Made by a program: the position numbers and the translations under genes
The notes under the pieces: model-generated
The model's input: the letters and a program-made list of their open reading frames with translations, nothing else
Databases searched by the model: none
What the model was told of the DNA's origin: nothing
Part shown: piece after piece, positions 1 to 9,291 of the stretch
Position numbering within the stretch: the stretch's first letter is position 1
How the letters are laid out: each line of letters opens with the position of its first letter
DNA from: a virus
Length of the DNA stretch: 64,000 bases
Strand: one strand, 5' to 3'
IMG/VR virus record: IMGVR_UViG_3300007512_002775
Coordinates: 1-64,000 of that record

Positions 1-1323
1 GATGTTCCATGGTAGTTCCTGCGACGGTATGCCCAGACTGTCTGCTAGCTGTATGGCTTGTAACATGCCTTCGTACCCAGAATCCATGAGACGTTCGAAC
101 TGATCATCATACTCTGAAGCCTCTGTGAGCAGACCTCTTATGTACCTGCGCAGCTCGCCCAGCATGCCTTGGTACGCCTCGCCTTCTGCATCCTCCATCG
201 CCTGACCTATGTCCGGGCCTCGGAGGCCGCGCGCCATCAATTCCTTGGCAGCCACAGCCGGTGGTGCTCCGGCAAATTTTATGAAAGCATCGACCGCGCG
301 AGGGTTCATGCCGGCGGCTGCTCCGAATTCTTGCAAGTCTCTTGGACTCAACTCCACCCTACCAAAGCCTCTTTTCAGACCTGGCGCCGAAGCTCGGTCG
401 ACGCCAGCAAAACTCATGAGGAAACCAGTGGCATCCACCTCTGAGTTGGTGTATCTCATGCTCTTGAGGACTGATTTCACCTGGCCAGGATCGTTATCAG
501 CCAGCAACAAGGCCAACTGTACAGCTAGCACCGGAGATGGCGAATTGGTCGTGGGTTCAGTCCTCAGTCCCGGAAAGATTTGGTCGTACAATTCCAAATC
601 TTCTAACAATCCAAAAAAGTGAGTGACGTCCTGAGCTGACGAAATCCCTTTGACCAGCTCTTCGTGGATCCTGTCAGGAGACACTTCGGTCAGATCGTTG
701 TTATCCAAGATGGCAGACTTAGTCTCGATGTCCAGGTCCGAACCGAGCCGGGCAGCAAAGCGCACGGCTCGGAGGATCCTGAGCTTGTCCTCAGCGAACC
801 TCTCTGCAGGATCGCCGACTGCTCTGATCCTCTTGTTTTGGATGTCTGCGAGCCCGCCCACGTAATCGACCACCTCGCCGGCATCCATGTCATAGAAGAG
901 AGCATTGACAGTCAGATCCCGTCTCTTGACGTCGTCCTCGATCGTGGCGCCCAACTCGACGTCAGGCCTTCTGCCGGTACCTATGTCCTTGCGGAAAGTG
1001 GCGATCTCGTACTCGTTGCCGGCCGGGGTCCAGACCCTGACTACTCCGAAAGCCTTTCCGGTGAGGTCCGTCTTGTTATCTGGATCTTGTGATACCACGT
1101 CTATGACAGCGTCGAGTGATGCGCCGGTAGCCAGGTCATAATCCTTGGGGGTCTTGCCTAGAAGAGTATCTCTCACTGCGCCGCCGACGATGTACAGCTC
1201 TTCGCCGGATGCGCTGAACAGGTCGGACAGCTCACGCAAGTCAGAGGGGATCGCCATGTCCAGCGGTTGGCGAGTGGGAGCAGACTCGATGGCTTCCCGG
1301 ATGTATCGGCGCAGAAGGTTCAT
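1..1323 (-). CDS. CCA-adding tRNA nucleotidyltransferase / poly(A) polymerase family, plus extra C-terminal domain (runs off window edge)
   Basis: Not in the ORF track; translated by hand from ATG at 1323 (ATGA overlap with upstream stop): MNLLRRYIREAIE...LYIVGGAVRDTLLGKTPKDYDLAT...EIATFR...RRDLTVNALFY...RFAEDKLRILRAVRFAARL; open to position 1. Confidence 0.9.
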   Translation of the reverse strand, partial: MNLLRRYIREAIESAPTRQPLDMAIPSDLRELSDLFSASGEELYIVGGAVRDTLLGKTPKDYDLATGASLDAVIDVVSQDPDNKTDLTGKAFGVVRVWTPAGNEYEIATFRKDIGTGRRPDVELGATIEDDVKRRDLTVNALFYDMDAGEVVDYVGGLADIQNKRIRAVGDPAERFAEDKLRILRAVRFAARLGSDLDIETKSAILDNNDLTEVSPDRIHEELVKGISSAQDVTHFFGLLEDLELYDQIFPGLRTEPTTNSPSPVLAVQLALLLADNDPGQVKSVLKSMRYTNSEVDATGFLMSFAGVDRASAPGLKRGFGRVELSPRDLQEFGAAAGMNPRAVDAFIKFAGAPPAVAAKELMARGLRGPDIGQAMEDAEGEAYQGMLGELRRYIRGLLTEASEYDDQFERLMDSGYEGMLQAIQLADSLGIPSQELPWNI

Positions 1324-2012
1324 AGCCCCAATTCCTGCAGGGCTCGGATGGTAGCTCCGCTGTTGCCCGGAATATGTAGTATGCCGATGCCTCCGAGGTC
1401 GTTCCACGCAGTGACCGTCGATGCCTTGTCGTCCACTAACACGTTCGGGACTCCACCTGCTACAGCGTAGTCCGACTTCTGAGCGGCAGGAGTGATGATG
1501 ATCTCGTTGGGCGGAGATATGGGATCCAACCACTCCTCCACCCAGAGTGTCTTGCCTTCTTCCGATGACGCAGCCGCACCAGGGCGGCTTCGGATAGGGG
1601 CCGATAGAATGTTGACGACGTGGCCGGAGGAAGTGAGGAACGGCCAGAGTTGATCCACTCCATCACGCAGCGGCGGCATCGATGCAAAGACGGACCCGGG
1701 ATTGGCGCCGATGGCACCCATCATAAAATGGCGAACTGGTTTGAGGTTCAGATCTGCATGATTCTTTGCACGCCATTCCGGACCGAGCTCTGACTGCACC
1801 TTGCGCAGTCGCTTGAAGTAGCCCTTGGTCATCTCTGCCCCCGGCAGAGGCTCGCCTTCCAGGAGGCGGTTGAGCAACCCTACGACTGCCGATTCAAAGT
1901 CCACTAAGACGCCGTCCATATCACAATACACGACTGAATTCAGTGGTATCATTGGAGCTCCTCCGTCCTGCTCCAGGAGCAGACTTCTCACAAACGCGCG
2001 CAGCAGTCTCAT
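1320..2012 (-). CDS. HAD-superfamily 5'(3')-nucleotidase-like phosphatase with N-terminal tag
   Basis: DMDGVLVDF motif I, ILSAP, K, LVDD; N-terminus MRLLRAFVRSLLLEQ. Confidence 0.8.
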   Translation of the reverse strand: MRLLRAFVRSLLLEQDGGAPMIPLNSVVYCDMDGVLVDFESAVVGLLNRLLEGEPLPGAEMTKGYFKRLRKVQSELGPEWRAKNHADLNLKPVRHFMMGAIGANPGSVFASMPPLRDGVDQLWPFLTSSGHVVNILSAPIRSRPGAAASSEEGKTLWVEEWLDPISPPNEIIITPAAQKSDYAVAGGVPNVLVDDKASTVTAWNDLGGIGILHIPGNSGATIRALQELGL

Positions 2013-2065
2013 AACAACACAATAAATATGCGGTTAGAAGCCGCCATGCAACCTTAGTAGTTCTT

Positions 2066-2512
2066 TTAGAAAGGTTCCTTGGGGATGTGACGAAAGATGA
2101 ATTGAGGGTAGTAGTCTTCGGTGTAATCAGTACCGAACTCCAACCAGACGTGGCCGTCCTCCCAGTCCACCAATCGATAGCCGCGCATGCGCTGTGTACC
2201 CCACTCTCCGGATGCTCCCACATCATCGAAGTCTTCCACTCGAACCTTTGCTAGCGGCCGAGAAAAGAAGATGCTCTTCGTCGCATCCGTATAATCCATG
2301 ACGCCCAAGTGAGACCTGTAACCGTCCTCAGGATCTGCGATCACCTTGAAGGCGACGTCGTCCACTTTGAACTCGCACTCCACTTCGTCTGCACCATAGT
2401 AATCCAGTCTGGCTCCTCGCAGATTGAGAAGGTGCATGCAGACCAGCTCATAGTACTGGACGGGCATGTGGAGATGGGTTTCGACCATCCAGTTGTTGAA
2501 GTGATAATCCAT
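2066..2512 (-). CDS. hypothetical phage protein
   Basis: 148-aa ORF coupled to the phhA stop. Confidence 0.6.
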   Translation of the reverse strand: MDYHFNNWMVETHLHMPVQYYELVCMHLLNLRGARLDYYGADEVECEFKVDDVAFKVIADPEDGYRSHLGVMDYTDATKSIFFSRPLAKVRVEDFDDVGASGEWGTQRMRGYRLVDWEDGHVWLEFGTDYTEDYYPQFIFRHIPKEPF

Positions 2513-3300
2513 CAGCTCAGTGGTGTCAGATACGCCGTCAACTCTCGTACGACCTGCTGAAAGTCGGTCGCACAGAAGAGGAGCGGTTGTGGGTTCATAG
2601 TATCGTAGGGAGTATTCTTCATTTCCTCGATATCAAAATTGCGCAGAGGCACTTGGCGAATGGAAGAGAGTTCATCGACTGAAGAGAGCAGCCCGGCGCC
2701 ATAAGCTCTGAGGCTCTCATCTCTGCCCTCGAAGCATACACCAAACTCTATCGTATGCCAGTACACCTTAATTAGATCTTCCACCAGCTCATCGCTCGCT
2801 TTCTGTGCAGCTCTACCGAACAGTCGGCTGATCTTGCGCATGTCTTCGTTTAAGAAGAAAACTGCATGGCCGAAGACCTCGTGTATCACATCCGGCTCTG
2901 GCGTGTACTCCGGTACCGAATGATGCCTGATGTATTGGGTACACAACATTGTGTCATTCGCCAGAGCCTCTAAGAACTCGCGCGGCGGAACTAGACCAGC
3001 GACCGGTGACAGGGAGAAGCAGTAGTCAAATAACTTCTTGTTCAGCGCAGAGAACTGCGGGATGCTAGCGTCCCATAACTCAAAGTTCTGGAAGCACTTA
3101 TTGTACTCCTTACATGCAAAATGAGGATACAAAGCTTGAAGTATGTGTGAGACTCGCTGCCACACTTCGTGCTCTTGCAGTACATAAGGCACTTCCGGAA
3201 TCAAGTCCCCTTGTTTGTAAGAGTCTGCGATGGAAGCAATCTCACTGCGTCGAGCTCTGTAGGCCGGGTCGGCAAAACCGGGGTGGCCCTCACGAAGCAT
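2512..3300 (-). CDS. phhA: phenylalanine 4-monooxygenase (pterin-dependent aromatic amino acid hydroxylase)
   Basis: HPGFADPAYRARR, CTQYIRH..PEYTPEPDVIHEVFGH, YWHTIEFG, AYGAGLLSS..E; start re-called at ATG 3300 (GGAGG RBS). Confidence 0.92.
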   Translation of the reverse strand: MLREGHPGFADPAYRARRSEIASIADSYKQGDLIPEVPYVLQEHEVWQRVSHILQALYPHFACKEYNKCFQNFELWDASIPQFSALNKKLFDYCFSLSPVAGLVPPREFLEALANDTMLCTQYIRHHSVPEYTPEPDVIHEVFGHAVFFLNEDMRKISRLFGRAAQKASDELVEDLIKVYWHTIEFGVCFEGRDESLRAYGAGLLSSVDELSSIRQVPLRNFDIEEMKNTPYDTMNPQPLLFCATDFQQVVRELTAYLTPLS

Positions 3301-3499
3301 CGCTAACAACCTCCAATGCATCGGCCGCCCACTTCTCCGTCTCTCCAATTTGGGGCCAAAGAATGCTAATGGTCTGGCCCACTGCTGAGTGGCGCACGCC
3401 GATCACGATCCCGATCCACCCTCTACGATCCAACTGCGAGCCGCCGTAAATTGGTGGCGGCTCGTACTGAAGCCTTACCAGGTCATTCAGGTGGATCAT
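3290..3499 (-). CDS. small SH3/KOW-like phage protein
   Basis: xxNDLVRL...GIVIG...LEVV pattern shared with neighbours. Confidence 0.6.
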   Translation of the reverse strand: MIHLNDLVRLQYEPPPIYGGSQLDRRGWIGIVIGVRHSAVGQTISILWPQIGETEKWAADALEVVSDAS

Positions 3500-3683
3500 T
3501 CAGAACCTCCAAGTTTCGGATGGGCCATGGGGAAACTTCTCCTGTATCCCAAGAGACGAACCACTCCTTGCCCTCGTCGAGCTCATCGCCGATCCACCTG
3601 ACCACCCTGTCGACCAGTACTCCGATGTGTGGTTGACCCGCGTCTCCAAAGAGACGATTCGTCACGAGGTCACCTACTTTCAT
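3483..3683 (-). CDS. small SH3/KOW-like phage protein
   Basis: MKVGDLV...GVLV...LEVL. Confidence 0.65.
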   Translation of the reverse strand: MKVGDLVTNRLFGDAGQPHIGVLVDRVVRWIGDELDEGKEWFVSWDTGEVSPWPIRNLEVLNDPPE

Positions 3684-3861
3684 CCACTACCTCCAGCTCA
3701 GAAACTCGAAACTTCCACAGCTCGTTATTGTGCAACACTTCGACTCCGTCTCTTTCTTGGTTGATGCCTATCACAACCCCAGGAATGCTCCAATTTTTTG
3801 AGCCGTTCCAGAGAGAGTTATAGAGCCGACGAACCAAGGCTCCTACTTCCAGCTGCTTCAT
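3670..3861 (-). CDS. small SH3/KOW-like phage protein
   Basis: MKQLEVGALV...GVVIG...LEVVDESR; start re-called. Confidence 0.6.
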   Translation of the reverse strand: MKQLEVGALVRRLYNSLWNGSKNWSIPGVVIGINQERDGVEVLHNNELWKFRVSELEVVDESR

Positions 3862-4118
3862 GGAATGTTCACTCCATCCCGAATCACCACCCACTCTTTC
3901 CGCAGATTGTGAATATTGGAAGATGAGTACCCATGATCTTCTCGCCAAGTGCTATCTTCGCCTAGGCCATCCGTCCACTCGATGAAGACGGACTCGTGAC
4001 CGTGCTTGTCCTTCTTTATCTTGTGAACGAGGCCGAAGCGACGAGCTTCACCGGTACGTGGGTTCTTATGAACAATGAGGTCGCCGATGCGCGGCATCCT
4101 CCGGTTCCAATCACTCAT
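3858..4118 (-). CDS. small SH3/KOW-like phage protein
   Basis: RIGDLIV...GLVH. Confidence 0.6.
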   Translation of the reverse strand: MSDWNRRMPRIGDLIVHKNPRTGEARRFGLVHKIKKDKHGHESVFIEWTDGLGEDSTWREDHGYSSSNIHNLRKEWVVIRDGVNIP

Positions 4119-4411
4119 AGCTTGATGTCGGTCTCCACGTGAGGCGGCAGTTCGCCGTCTACCATCCCGCCTCGCACATAGATGATCTTGCGCACGAGCT
4201 CGAGGGGAACCCAGCCATAAACGGTCCCTTCCAAATTTGAAGGATCCTCCGCGTAATCCACCAGTTCCAGGACCGGGTAGCTGGGAAACCCAACCTCGAC
4301 CGCTTCATACGGTCCTTCATCGTCCCTAGGGCTACAGTAGGCCCCGTGGTTCGCTTGAACGCTCATCTCCAGCCCGTCTGCACAAACTACATGTCGATAC
4401 CGTTTCTTCAT
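4115..4411 (-). CDS. hypothetical phage protein
   Basis: CADGLEMSVQA..YCSPR..YEAVEVGFP; ATGA coupling. Confidence 0.65.
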   Translation of the reverse strand: MKKRYRHVVCADGLEMSVQANHGAYCSPRDDEGPYEAVEVGFPSYPVLELVDYAEDPSNLEGTVYGWVPLELVRKIIYVRGGMVDGELPPHVETDIKL

Positions 4412-4412
4412 C

Positions 4413-4778
4413 TCACTCTCCTTCGACGATTACTTCCACAGGTACACCCAACTTCTGGGCGTGTTTGATTGTATTATCGGTGCCACCTTTTCGATCCGCA
4501 GCGACGAACGCATAGATGATATCAGAGTCCTCGGCGATCTTGAGGTTTCTTGCATGATAAGCCTGCGTGTAGACCCAGTGAGGGTTACTGCCGGCCGGAA
4601 AGTAAGGCAAGTGTTCTACAACTTCTAAGCCTCGAGAACGGGCGGCTGATGCTGCCCATTTATCAACGCCGCGGCAGCCTCCTGAGACGATGACTGAGTC
4701 TGGGGGCAGCTCGTTTACCAGAGCTTCGACCATCTCACGGTTTTGCCAACGTCGACTACCGACGATTCCAACTTTCAT
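4413..4778 (-). CDS. SLOG-family (YspA/DUF2493-like) protein
   Basis: VGIVGSR, SGGCRGVD, RN..IA..SD..AF, GGT..TI..A..LG; start at ATGA overlap. Confidence 0.8.
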   Translation of the reverse strand: MKVGIVGSRRWQNREMVEALVNELPPDSVIVSGGCRGVDKWAASAARSRGLEVVEHLPYFPAGSNPHWVYTQAYHARNLKIAEDSDIIYAFVAADRKGGTDNTIKHAQKLGVPVEVIVEGE

Positions 4779-4957
4779 GCGATCACCTCTAGGTCCCTTT
4801 CGTAGTGCCAATCAACGTTCCTATCATACCCTGCGTCTGGGGAAAACTGCACCAGGAAAAACTGTCCCATTACCCCAGATTTTTCGGCTCGCACGCCTGT
4901 CTCTATCACCAAACCAGCGTTACCATAATCATCATATACCAGATCACCGATCTTCAC
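4775..4957 (-). CDS. small SH3/KOW-like phage protein
   Basis: MKIGDLV...GLVIE...LEVIA. Confidence 0.65.
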   Translation of the reverse strand: MKIGDLVYDDYGNAGLVIETGVRAEKSGVMGQFFLVQFSPDAGYDRNVDWHYERDLEVIA

Positions 4958-5202
4958 AAGATGAAGACTTCCTTCTGTTTTCGCGTGAGCTTCTTGAATG
5001 CTGCCTCTGCCACACTGGCTGAAGAGCGATCATCATGATCGGTAAAATACACAAGCCTCACAGGCCTTCGTGGCTTGGTATACTTCGCACCACGATTTGT
5101 GAAGTTGTGCTCATGGAGCCTTCGTGCAATATCAGTGGTAATGCCAGCATAGAAAGAACCATCCGCGCACTCCACCACGTACATGCACCACTCTTTGCTC
5201 AC
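4954..5202 (-). CDS. GIY-YIG nuclease (UPF0213-like)
   Basis: YVVECADGSFYAGITTDIARRLHEHN...GAKYTKPRRPV. Confidence 0.88.
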   Translation of the reverse strand: MSKEWCMYVVECADGSFYAGITTDIARRLHEHNFTNRGAKYTKPRRPVRLVYFTDHDDRSSASVAEAAFKKLTRKQKEVFIL

Positions 5203-5205
5203 ACG

Positions 5206-5430
5206 TTACTCTAGGTCGCCATCATAGATGGGCGGCAGGTCTCCACTAAAGCACGATGGCGGGGGGCCGAGCCTGGCGTACGCCGGCGGCCTCGTCCCGG
5301 GATGGCGATCCTCCCACACAGCCATGGCAACGTCCATGGCCTCTCCCCACCGACCGTTGCTGGCCAGGCGATCCTCTTGGTGGGTGCTCAGAAGACGATC
5401 GACGTGATCGTTCAATTGCTTATCTGTCAT
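5206..5430 (-). CDS. hypothetical protein
   Basis: ORF from MTDKQL; start re-called to avoid overlap. Confidence 0.5.
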   Translation of the reverse strand: MTDKQLNDHVDRLLSTHQEDRLASNGRWGEAMDVAMAVWEDRHPGTRPPAYARLGPPPSCFSGDLPPIYDGDLE

Positions 5431-5441
5431 GGATGCATGGA

Positions 5442-5759
5442 TCACGCTGCGGACCTCACCATCTTGATGTGCTTGCACGGCTTGCGCCAACGACGATAGC
5501 CCCAACAGCCACAAGAGGCGTTGCCGTCCGGGTAGAGAACGACAGTGTACTGATCGTTGCTAGAGCCAGTGACCAGGTGCGTCTCGATCTTGCCCGCGGG
5601 CTCGGCCACAGCGATGGTTGGACGGGACCAGTCGAGGTCGTCCAGCGTCGTATCCTCTGGCACTTTCACCCATTCGCCGCCGGCTGCTGCATACCGTTGC
5701 GCACCGACTCGAAATACTGTTGGCGGCAGATTGCCAGTGATCGCGATCTTGTTTCTCAA
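5442..5759 (-). CDS. SWIM zinc-finger protein
   Basis: YTV..SCGC.GY......CKHI. Confidence 0.75.
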   Translation of the reverse strand: MRNKIAITGNLPPTVFRVGAQRYAAAGGEWVKVPEDTTLDDLDWSRPTIAVAEPAGKIETHLVTGSSNDQYTVVLYPDGNASCGCWGYRRWRKPCKHIKMVRSAA

Positions 5760-5941
5760 TCGCTACCTCCTGTTCCCGCAATGTTCAGGGGAGGAATCAA
5801 GCCGGCATCGCGAGCTTTGTCCAAAGCTTCGAACGCTTCTTCGACTAGAAAGCCGGCTGTACCTTGCCGCGAAATACACGCAATGACCTTTTGTGCATTC
5901 AAGACCAAGGCTGCGACTGCCTCATGCTGTTTGTTGTTCAT
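5756..5941 (-). CDS. hypothetical protein
   Basis: first ORF after the promoter at 5969-5996. Confidence 0.5.
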   Translation of the reverse strand: MNNKQHEAVAALVLNAQKVIACISRQGTAGFLVEEAFEALDKARDAGLIPPLNIAGTGGSD

Positions 5942-5968
5942 GATGATCTCTCGCTCAGTTACATGGAC

Positions 5969-5996
5969 ATTATACCATGCCTGGCGATTGTTTACA
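5969..5996 (-). promoter_or_regulatory. sigma70-type early promoter TGTAAA-N16-TATAAT
   Basis: minus strand GTGTAAA caatcgccaggcatgg TATAAT; one of nine similar copies. Confidence 0.75.
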
Positions 5997-6017
5997 CCGG
6001 AATGAGGATGTTTCGAA

Positions 6018-6338
6018 TCAGCCGGGTGCGCCGTATTTTGAGCCAGGAGAAGAGAGCCCGCGCCCTGTGAGAGAAGGAGCCGAAGGACCCGACCCTAAAG
6101 CGTCAATGAGAGCCAGGCTGACATCTTGGGTCAGCCGGTCGATGACACGCGCACGACGTTCATCATCCATCTCTCCCACCTTTTGAGACCGACGATTGGC
6201 AAGATCAACGAGCAGCTTATCGACCCATTGGCTGATCCGCTCTTTGTGCTTGTAGATGTCTGAAGCGGAAGCTTCGCGTCGCTCATGCAAGAGCTCTTCA
6301 CGAATGATCCGTCGGAGCTGGCCTTCTGTGATCCTCAT
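6018..6338 (-). CDS. tagged small protein (putative virion internal protein)
   Basis: MRITEGQLRRIIREELLHE; CATATTTA at 6369-6376 upstream. Confidence 0.7.
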   Translation of the reverse strand: MRITEGQLRRIIREELLHERREASASDIYKHKERISQWVDKLLVDLANRRSQKVGEMDDERRARVIDRLTQDVSLALIDALGSGPSAPSLTGRGLSSPGSKYGAPG

Positions 6339-6391
6339 TAGACATCCCGTGCACGTAAGTGACAATGGTAAATATGAGTTCACCCCTGGTT

Positions 6392-6580
6392 TTAGTCCGC
6401 AAGATCCAATTCGAATTCGGATTCGTATGTGGCGGTACCATCCGACCACAGCACTACGAAACCGTTGACATCCTCACTAACGTTTCCTATCGACGGCGGA
6501 GGCTGAAAAGCTACAATGATCCCGTACGGTTGGTCACGTTCAAACCCGTAAGCTCTCATTACGAGGTCACCTATCTTCAC
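6392..6580 (-). CDS. small SH3/KOW-like phage protein
   Basis: MKIGDLV...GIIV...VLWSDG. Confidence 0.65.
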   Translation of the reverse strand: MKIGDLVMRAYGFERDQPYGIIVAFQPPPSIGNVSEDVNGFVVLWSDGTATYESEFELDLAD

Positions 6581-6767
6581 TGATCACCTCGTAATCTTCT
6601 GGCCAACAGTTGGCAACTCTGCCGTTTGGAAACAACACCTTCATCGCTTGGTAGGATGGATCACGCTCTAGAATGAGTAGCGGCGCCTCCGTATAATCCA
6701 TGTAGGGGTCACCTTTGAGAGTCCAGAACATCCGCTTCTTCATCCGAACCAGGTCACCTACTTTCAC
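6567..6767 (-). CDS. small SH3/KOW-like phage protein
   Basis: GTG start, MKVGDLVR...YEVISEDR. Confidence 0.6.
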   Translation of the reverse strand: MKVGDLVRMKKRMFWTLKGDPYMDYTEAPLLILERDPSYQAMKVLFPNGRVANCWPEDYEVISEDR

Positions 6768-6939
6768 GTAGCACCTCCATGCTGGTATCGAGCATGGAAC
6801 CCAAGGACCCGTTTGCCCACAAAACTTTACAACGAACACACAAGGGCCCTCCGGGGCCAAAGGATTTCGCCGGCAATTTCTCCACTACAATACCAACGTA
6901 CGGAGAGAAGTCTGATCTGACCAGATCGCCTACCTTCAT
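6754..6939 (-). CDS. small SH3/KOW-like phage protein
   Basis: MKVGDLVR...GIVVE...VLWANG...MEVLRESR. Confidence 0.65.
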   Translation of the reverse strand: MKVGDLVRSDFSPYVGIVVEKLPAKSFGPGGPLCVRCKVLWANGSLGSMLDTSMEVLRESR

Positions 6940-7304
6940 ACGGGCCGCGTTTCCCTTTGCACAGCACCGGTCTCATAGTCGACCAGGTACCAGGCGAAAG
7001 TGCCCATGTGATCATCGTAGAAGTTGGACTCATTGATGACGTAGAGCTCGTCGCTGTCCAGGAGTTCTGTCACGGGAGGGCCAGAGACCTCACAACGGAA
7101 AATCGGATCGTACGGCGGCACGTGAAAACTGCGAATGCCGCCCACTGCTTGGGCTTGCGTAATCAGCAGCGCCAAACTGGTGGTGGTGTTTTCTCGCACG
7201 TACGCATCGATGCGGGGCAACATGCTGTCGCCATCGTAATGAACGTAACAGCCAGTGATGCCGCCGTCTGCGTGCTTGACCCCTAGTACTGCGTGTGTAC
7301 TCAT
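6936..7304 (-). CDS. hypothetical phage protein
   Basis: MSTHAVLG...CYVHYDG; directly after the promoter at 7331-7358. Confidence 0.65.
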   Translation of the reverse strand: MSTHAVLGVKHADGGITGCYVHYDGDSMLPRIDAYVRENTTTSLALLITQAQAVGGIRSFHVPPYDPIFRCEVSGPPVTELLDSDELYVINESNFYDDHMGTFAWYLVDYETGAVQRETRPV

Positions 7305-7330
7305 GCATCCCTCGTCCGTCAGACAATACC

Positions 7331-7358
7331 ATTATACGATGCCCTCAAGAAAACTGCA
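7331..7358 (-). promoter_or_regulatory. early promoter TGCAGT-N16-TATAAT
   Basis: variant of the repeated motif. Confidence 0.55.
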
Positions 7359-7401
7359 CGTGGGTACTGTTTTTTGCTTAAAGAATTCATATTTATACAC
7401 C

Positions 7402-8364
7402 ATGACAGACTATCGATTACTCAGACGCCTGATCAGAGAGACTCTACTCCGAGAGGGGGTTTACGATCCAGGCATCCTAAAAGCTGTATTCCTAGCCGGT
7501 GGTCCGGGAAGTGGAAAATCTCATACCGCAAAACTGATATTCGGACTGGACCCGGACAGTGTATATCAAACTGCAACAGCCAGCGGATTGAAGATCATCA
7601 ACAGCGATCCTGCATTCGAACACTTCCTACGAAAGGCCGGAGTGAGCCCAGGCGACTTGGCTAAAATAGCAAAGGAAGACCCCGAGCTATCGTATCAGTT
7701 GGGCATGGATGACAAGCGGGGAGTGCCCCCTGATTCTCCGAGAGGCATCGCTAAAAGGACCAGAGACACCCAGAAAGCCAACCTATTATCCGGAAAAGTA
7801 GGAGTCCTTCTCGACGGCACCGGCGATAATTACGAAAAGATCGCCAGGCGAAAACAAGAAATGGAAGACTTGGGCTACGACACCCACATGCTCTTCATCA
7901 ATACCACGCTGCCAGTGGCTCAGGAAAGGAACCTTGCACGAGAACGAAAGCTGGAACCTGAGATGGTAGCAAGTATCCATGCTAGCGTCATGGAAAACCT
8001 CGGCGCCTTCCAGCTGCTCTTCGGCCGCGCGGATTTTGCCATCATAGATAACACTGAATACGGCCCGATAGAATCTGAAGTCAGTGAAGCAATCGACGAT
8101 TGGTTAGCCCAGCCCGTCCAAAACCCAATTGGCCGCCGATGGGTAGAAGAAGAACTAGCCTACAAAGAGCACGAATTCGGAAAAGAGGACATCGAGAGGA
8201 AAGCACCGGGAGTCGAGCAGCGAACCTTAGGCACCGGTAGAAGAGCACCTGGCCGGCCAGGTGCGGGCGTGCAAGGACAATCTAGCATAAACGATCCCAT
8301 TTCTGATGCTGAAATAGAAAGCCTGCGTAAGAAGCATAAGAAGCAGAAGGAGACGGGCTTCTAA
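7402..8364 (+). CDS. P-loop kinase (zeta-toxin/PNK-like) with N-terminal tag
   Basis: MTDYRLLRRLIRETLLREG; FLAGGPGSGKS, LLDGTG, A.ERN..RER; CATATTTA at 7388-7395; start re-called. Confidence 0.8.
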   Translation: MTDYRLLRRLIRETLLREGVYDPGILKAVFLAGGPGSGKSHTAKLIFGLDPDSVYQTATASGLKIINSDPAFEHFLRKAGVSPGDLAKIAKEDPELSYQLGMDDKRGVPPDSPRGIAKRTRDTQKANLLSGKVGVLLDGTGDNYEKIARRKQEMEDLGYDTHMLFINTTLPVAQERNLARERKLEPEMVASIHASVMENLGAFQLLFGRADFAIIDNTEYGPIESEVSEAIDDWLAQPVQNPIGRRWVEEELAYKEHEFGKEDIERKAPGVEQRTLGTGRRAPGRPGAGVQGQSSINDPISDAEIESLRKKHKKQKETGF

Positions 8365-8561
8365 AGCTGGCCATCTTTCTTGAGCTTAACTGACTCAGCC
8401 AGATCGTGCAGTGCCGACTCGGGCAACTCTATCAGCTTGTCTCCTACCAACAGTTCACACAACCAATATAATTTTCCGCCGGCTGTATCTATGGTCCGAC
8501 GGCCGACGACGACAGCCACCTTACCAGACTGCGAACCGCTGACGAACTTCCACAGTTCCAT
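8361..8561 (-). CDS. hypothetical protein
   Basis: 66-aa ORF coupled to the MTase stop. Confidence 0.45.
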   Translation of the reverse strand: MELWKFVSGSQSGKVAVVVGRRTIDTAGGKLYWLCELLVGDKLIELPESALHDLAESVKLKKDGQL

Positions 8562-9286
8562 CAGCTGTTGAGCCGCACGAGCGACTTCCGAAAATAAACC
8601 GGGTCCAGTTCACATCCAACGAATCTCCTCCCAGTCTTCTGCGCAGCGTACGCAGTTGAACCAGAACCGCTGAAAATGTCGAGCACTGTATCACCCGGAT
8701 GGGTGTTCGCCAGAATGATTCGCTCGAGCAGTTGGACCGGCTTCTGGGTGGGGTGCCAACCGCAGTACTCCTTGGACGTCGTGTGGTTGTTCTTCGTCCA
8801 GACGTCCGTCGGAATCTTTCCTAGTGGATTGTTCTGTGCCGTCTTTCGTACGTTGGTCTTCATCTTGTAGGGAATCCGCACCTCGTCCGGATTGAACAGA
8901 AACTCCTGCCCCTTCGAATACATGAGCAGGTCCTCGTGCTTTCTAGGGAAGGTCTTCTTGGTTCGGCCGCCCCAATCGTAAGCCCATATGATCCAGTTCT
9001 GGTAGGTCATCTCGTCGAGGCCATTGAGGACGTCTAGCTTGTAGCGTAAAAAGGTGTCGGTCTTGGTCGTGCCCCAGACGTACATACACCTGTTCGGCTT
9101 GAGCACTCGGACGCACTCGTCAGTCCACGCTCGGCACCACTCCAAATAACCGGTTTCGTCTTCCCACTGGTTGTCCCAGTCGTTGGCTACGATGCCGAAA
9201 TAAGGCGGGTCCGTCAGTACTAGATCGATGGAATCGTCGTCTAGGGTACGCAGGAGCTCCATGCAATCTGCATTGACGAGCGTCAT
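8561..9286 (-). CDS. orphan DNA amino-methyltransferase (beta class, N6-A/N4-C)
   Basis: LTDPPY, HPTQKP, VLDIFSGSGST, GCELD. Confidence 0.92.
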   Translation of the reverse strand: MTLVNADCMELLRTLDDDSIDLVLTDPPYFGIVANDWDNQWEDETGYLEWCRAWTDECVRVLKPNRCMYVWGTTKTDTFLRYKLDVLNGLDEMTYQNWIIWAYDWGGRTKKTFPRKHEDLLMYSKGQEFLFNPDEVRIPYKMKTNVRKTAQNNPLGKIPTDVWTKNNHTTSKEYCGWHPTQKPVQLLERIILANTHPGDTVLDIFSGSGSTAYAAQKTGRRFVGCELDPVYFRKSLVRLNS

Positions 9287-9291
9287 CGCAG

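Noticed and set aside
169-1470. Several plus-strand ORFs listed in the track
   Set aside because: They overlap the real minus-strand CCA-enzyme gene, which the track missed because it runs off the window edge.
8561-9286. Restriction-modification system
   Set aside because: No adjacent endonuclease; treated as an orphan methyltransferase.
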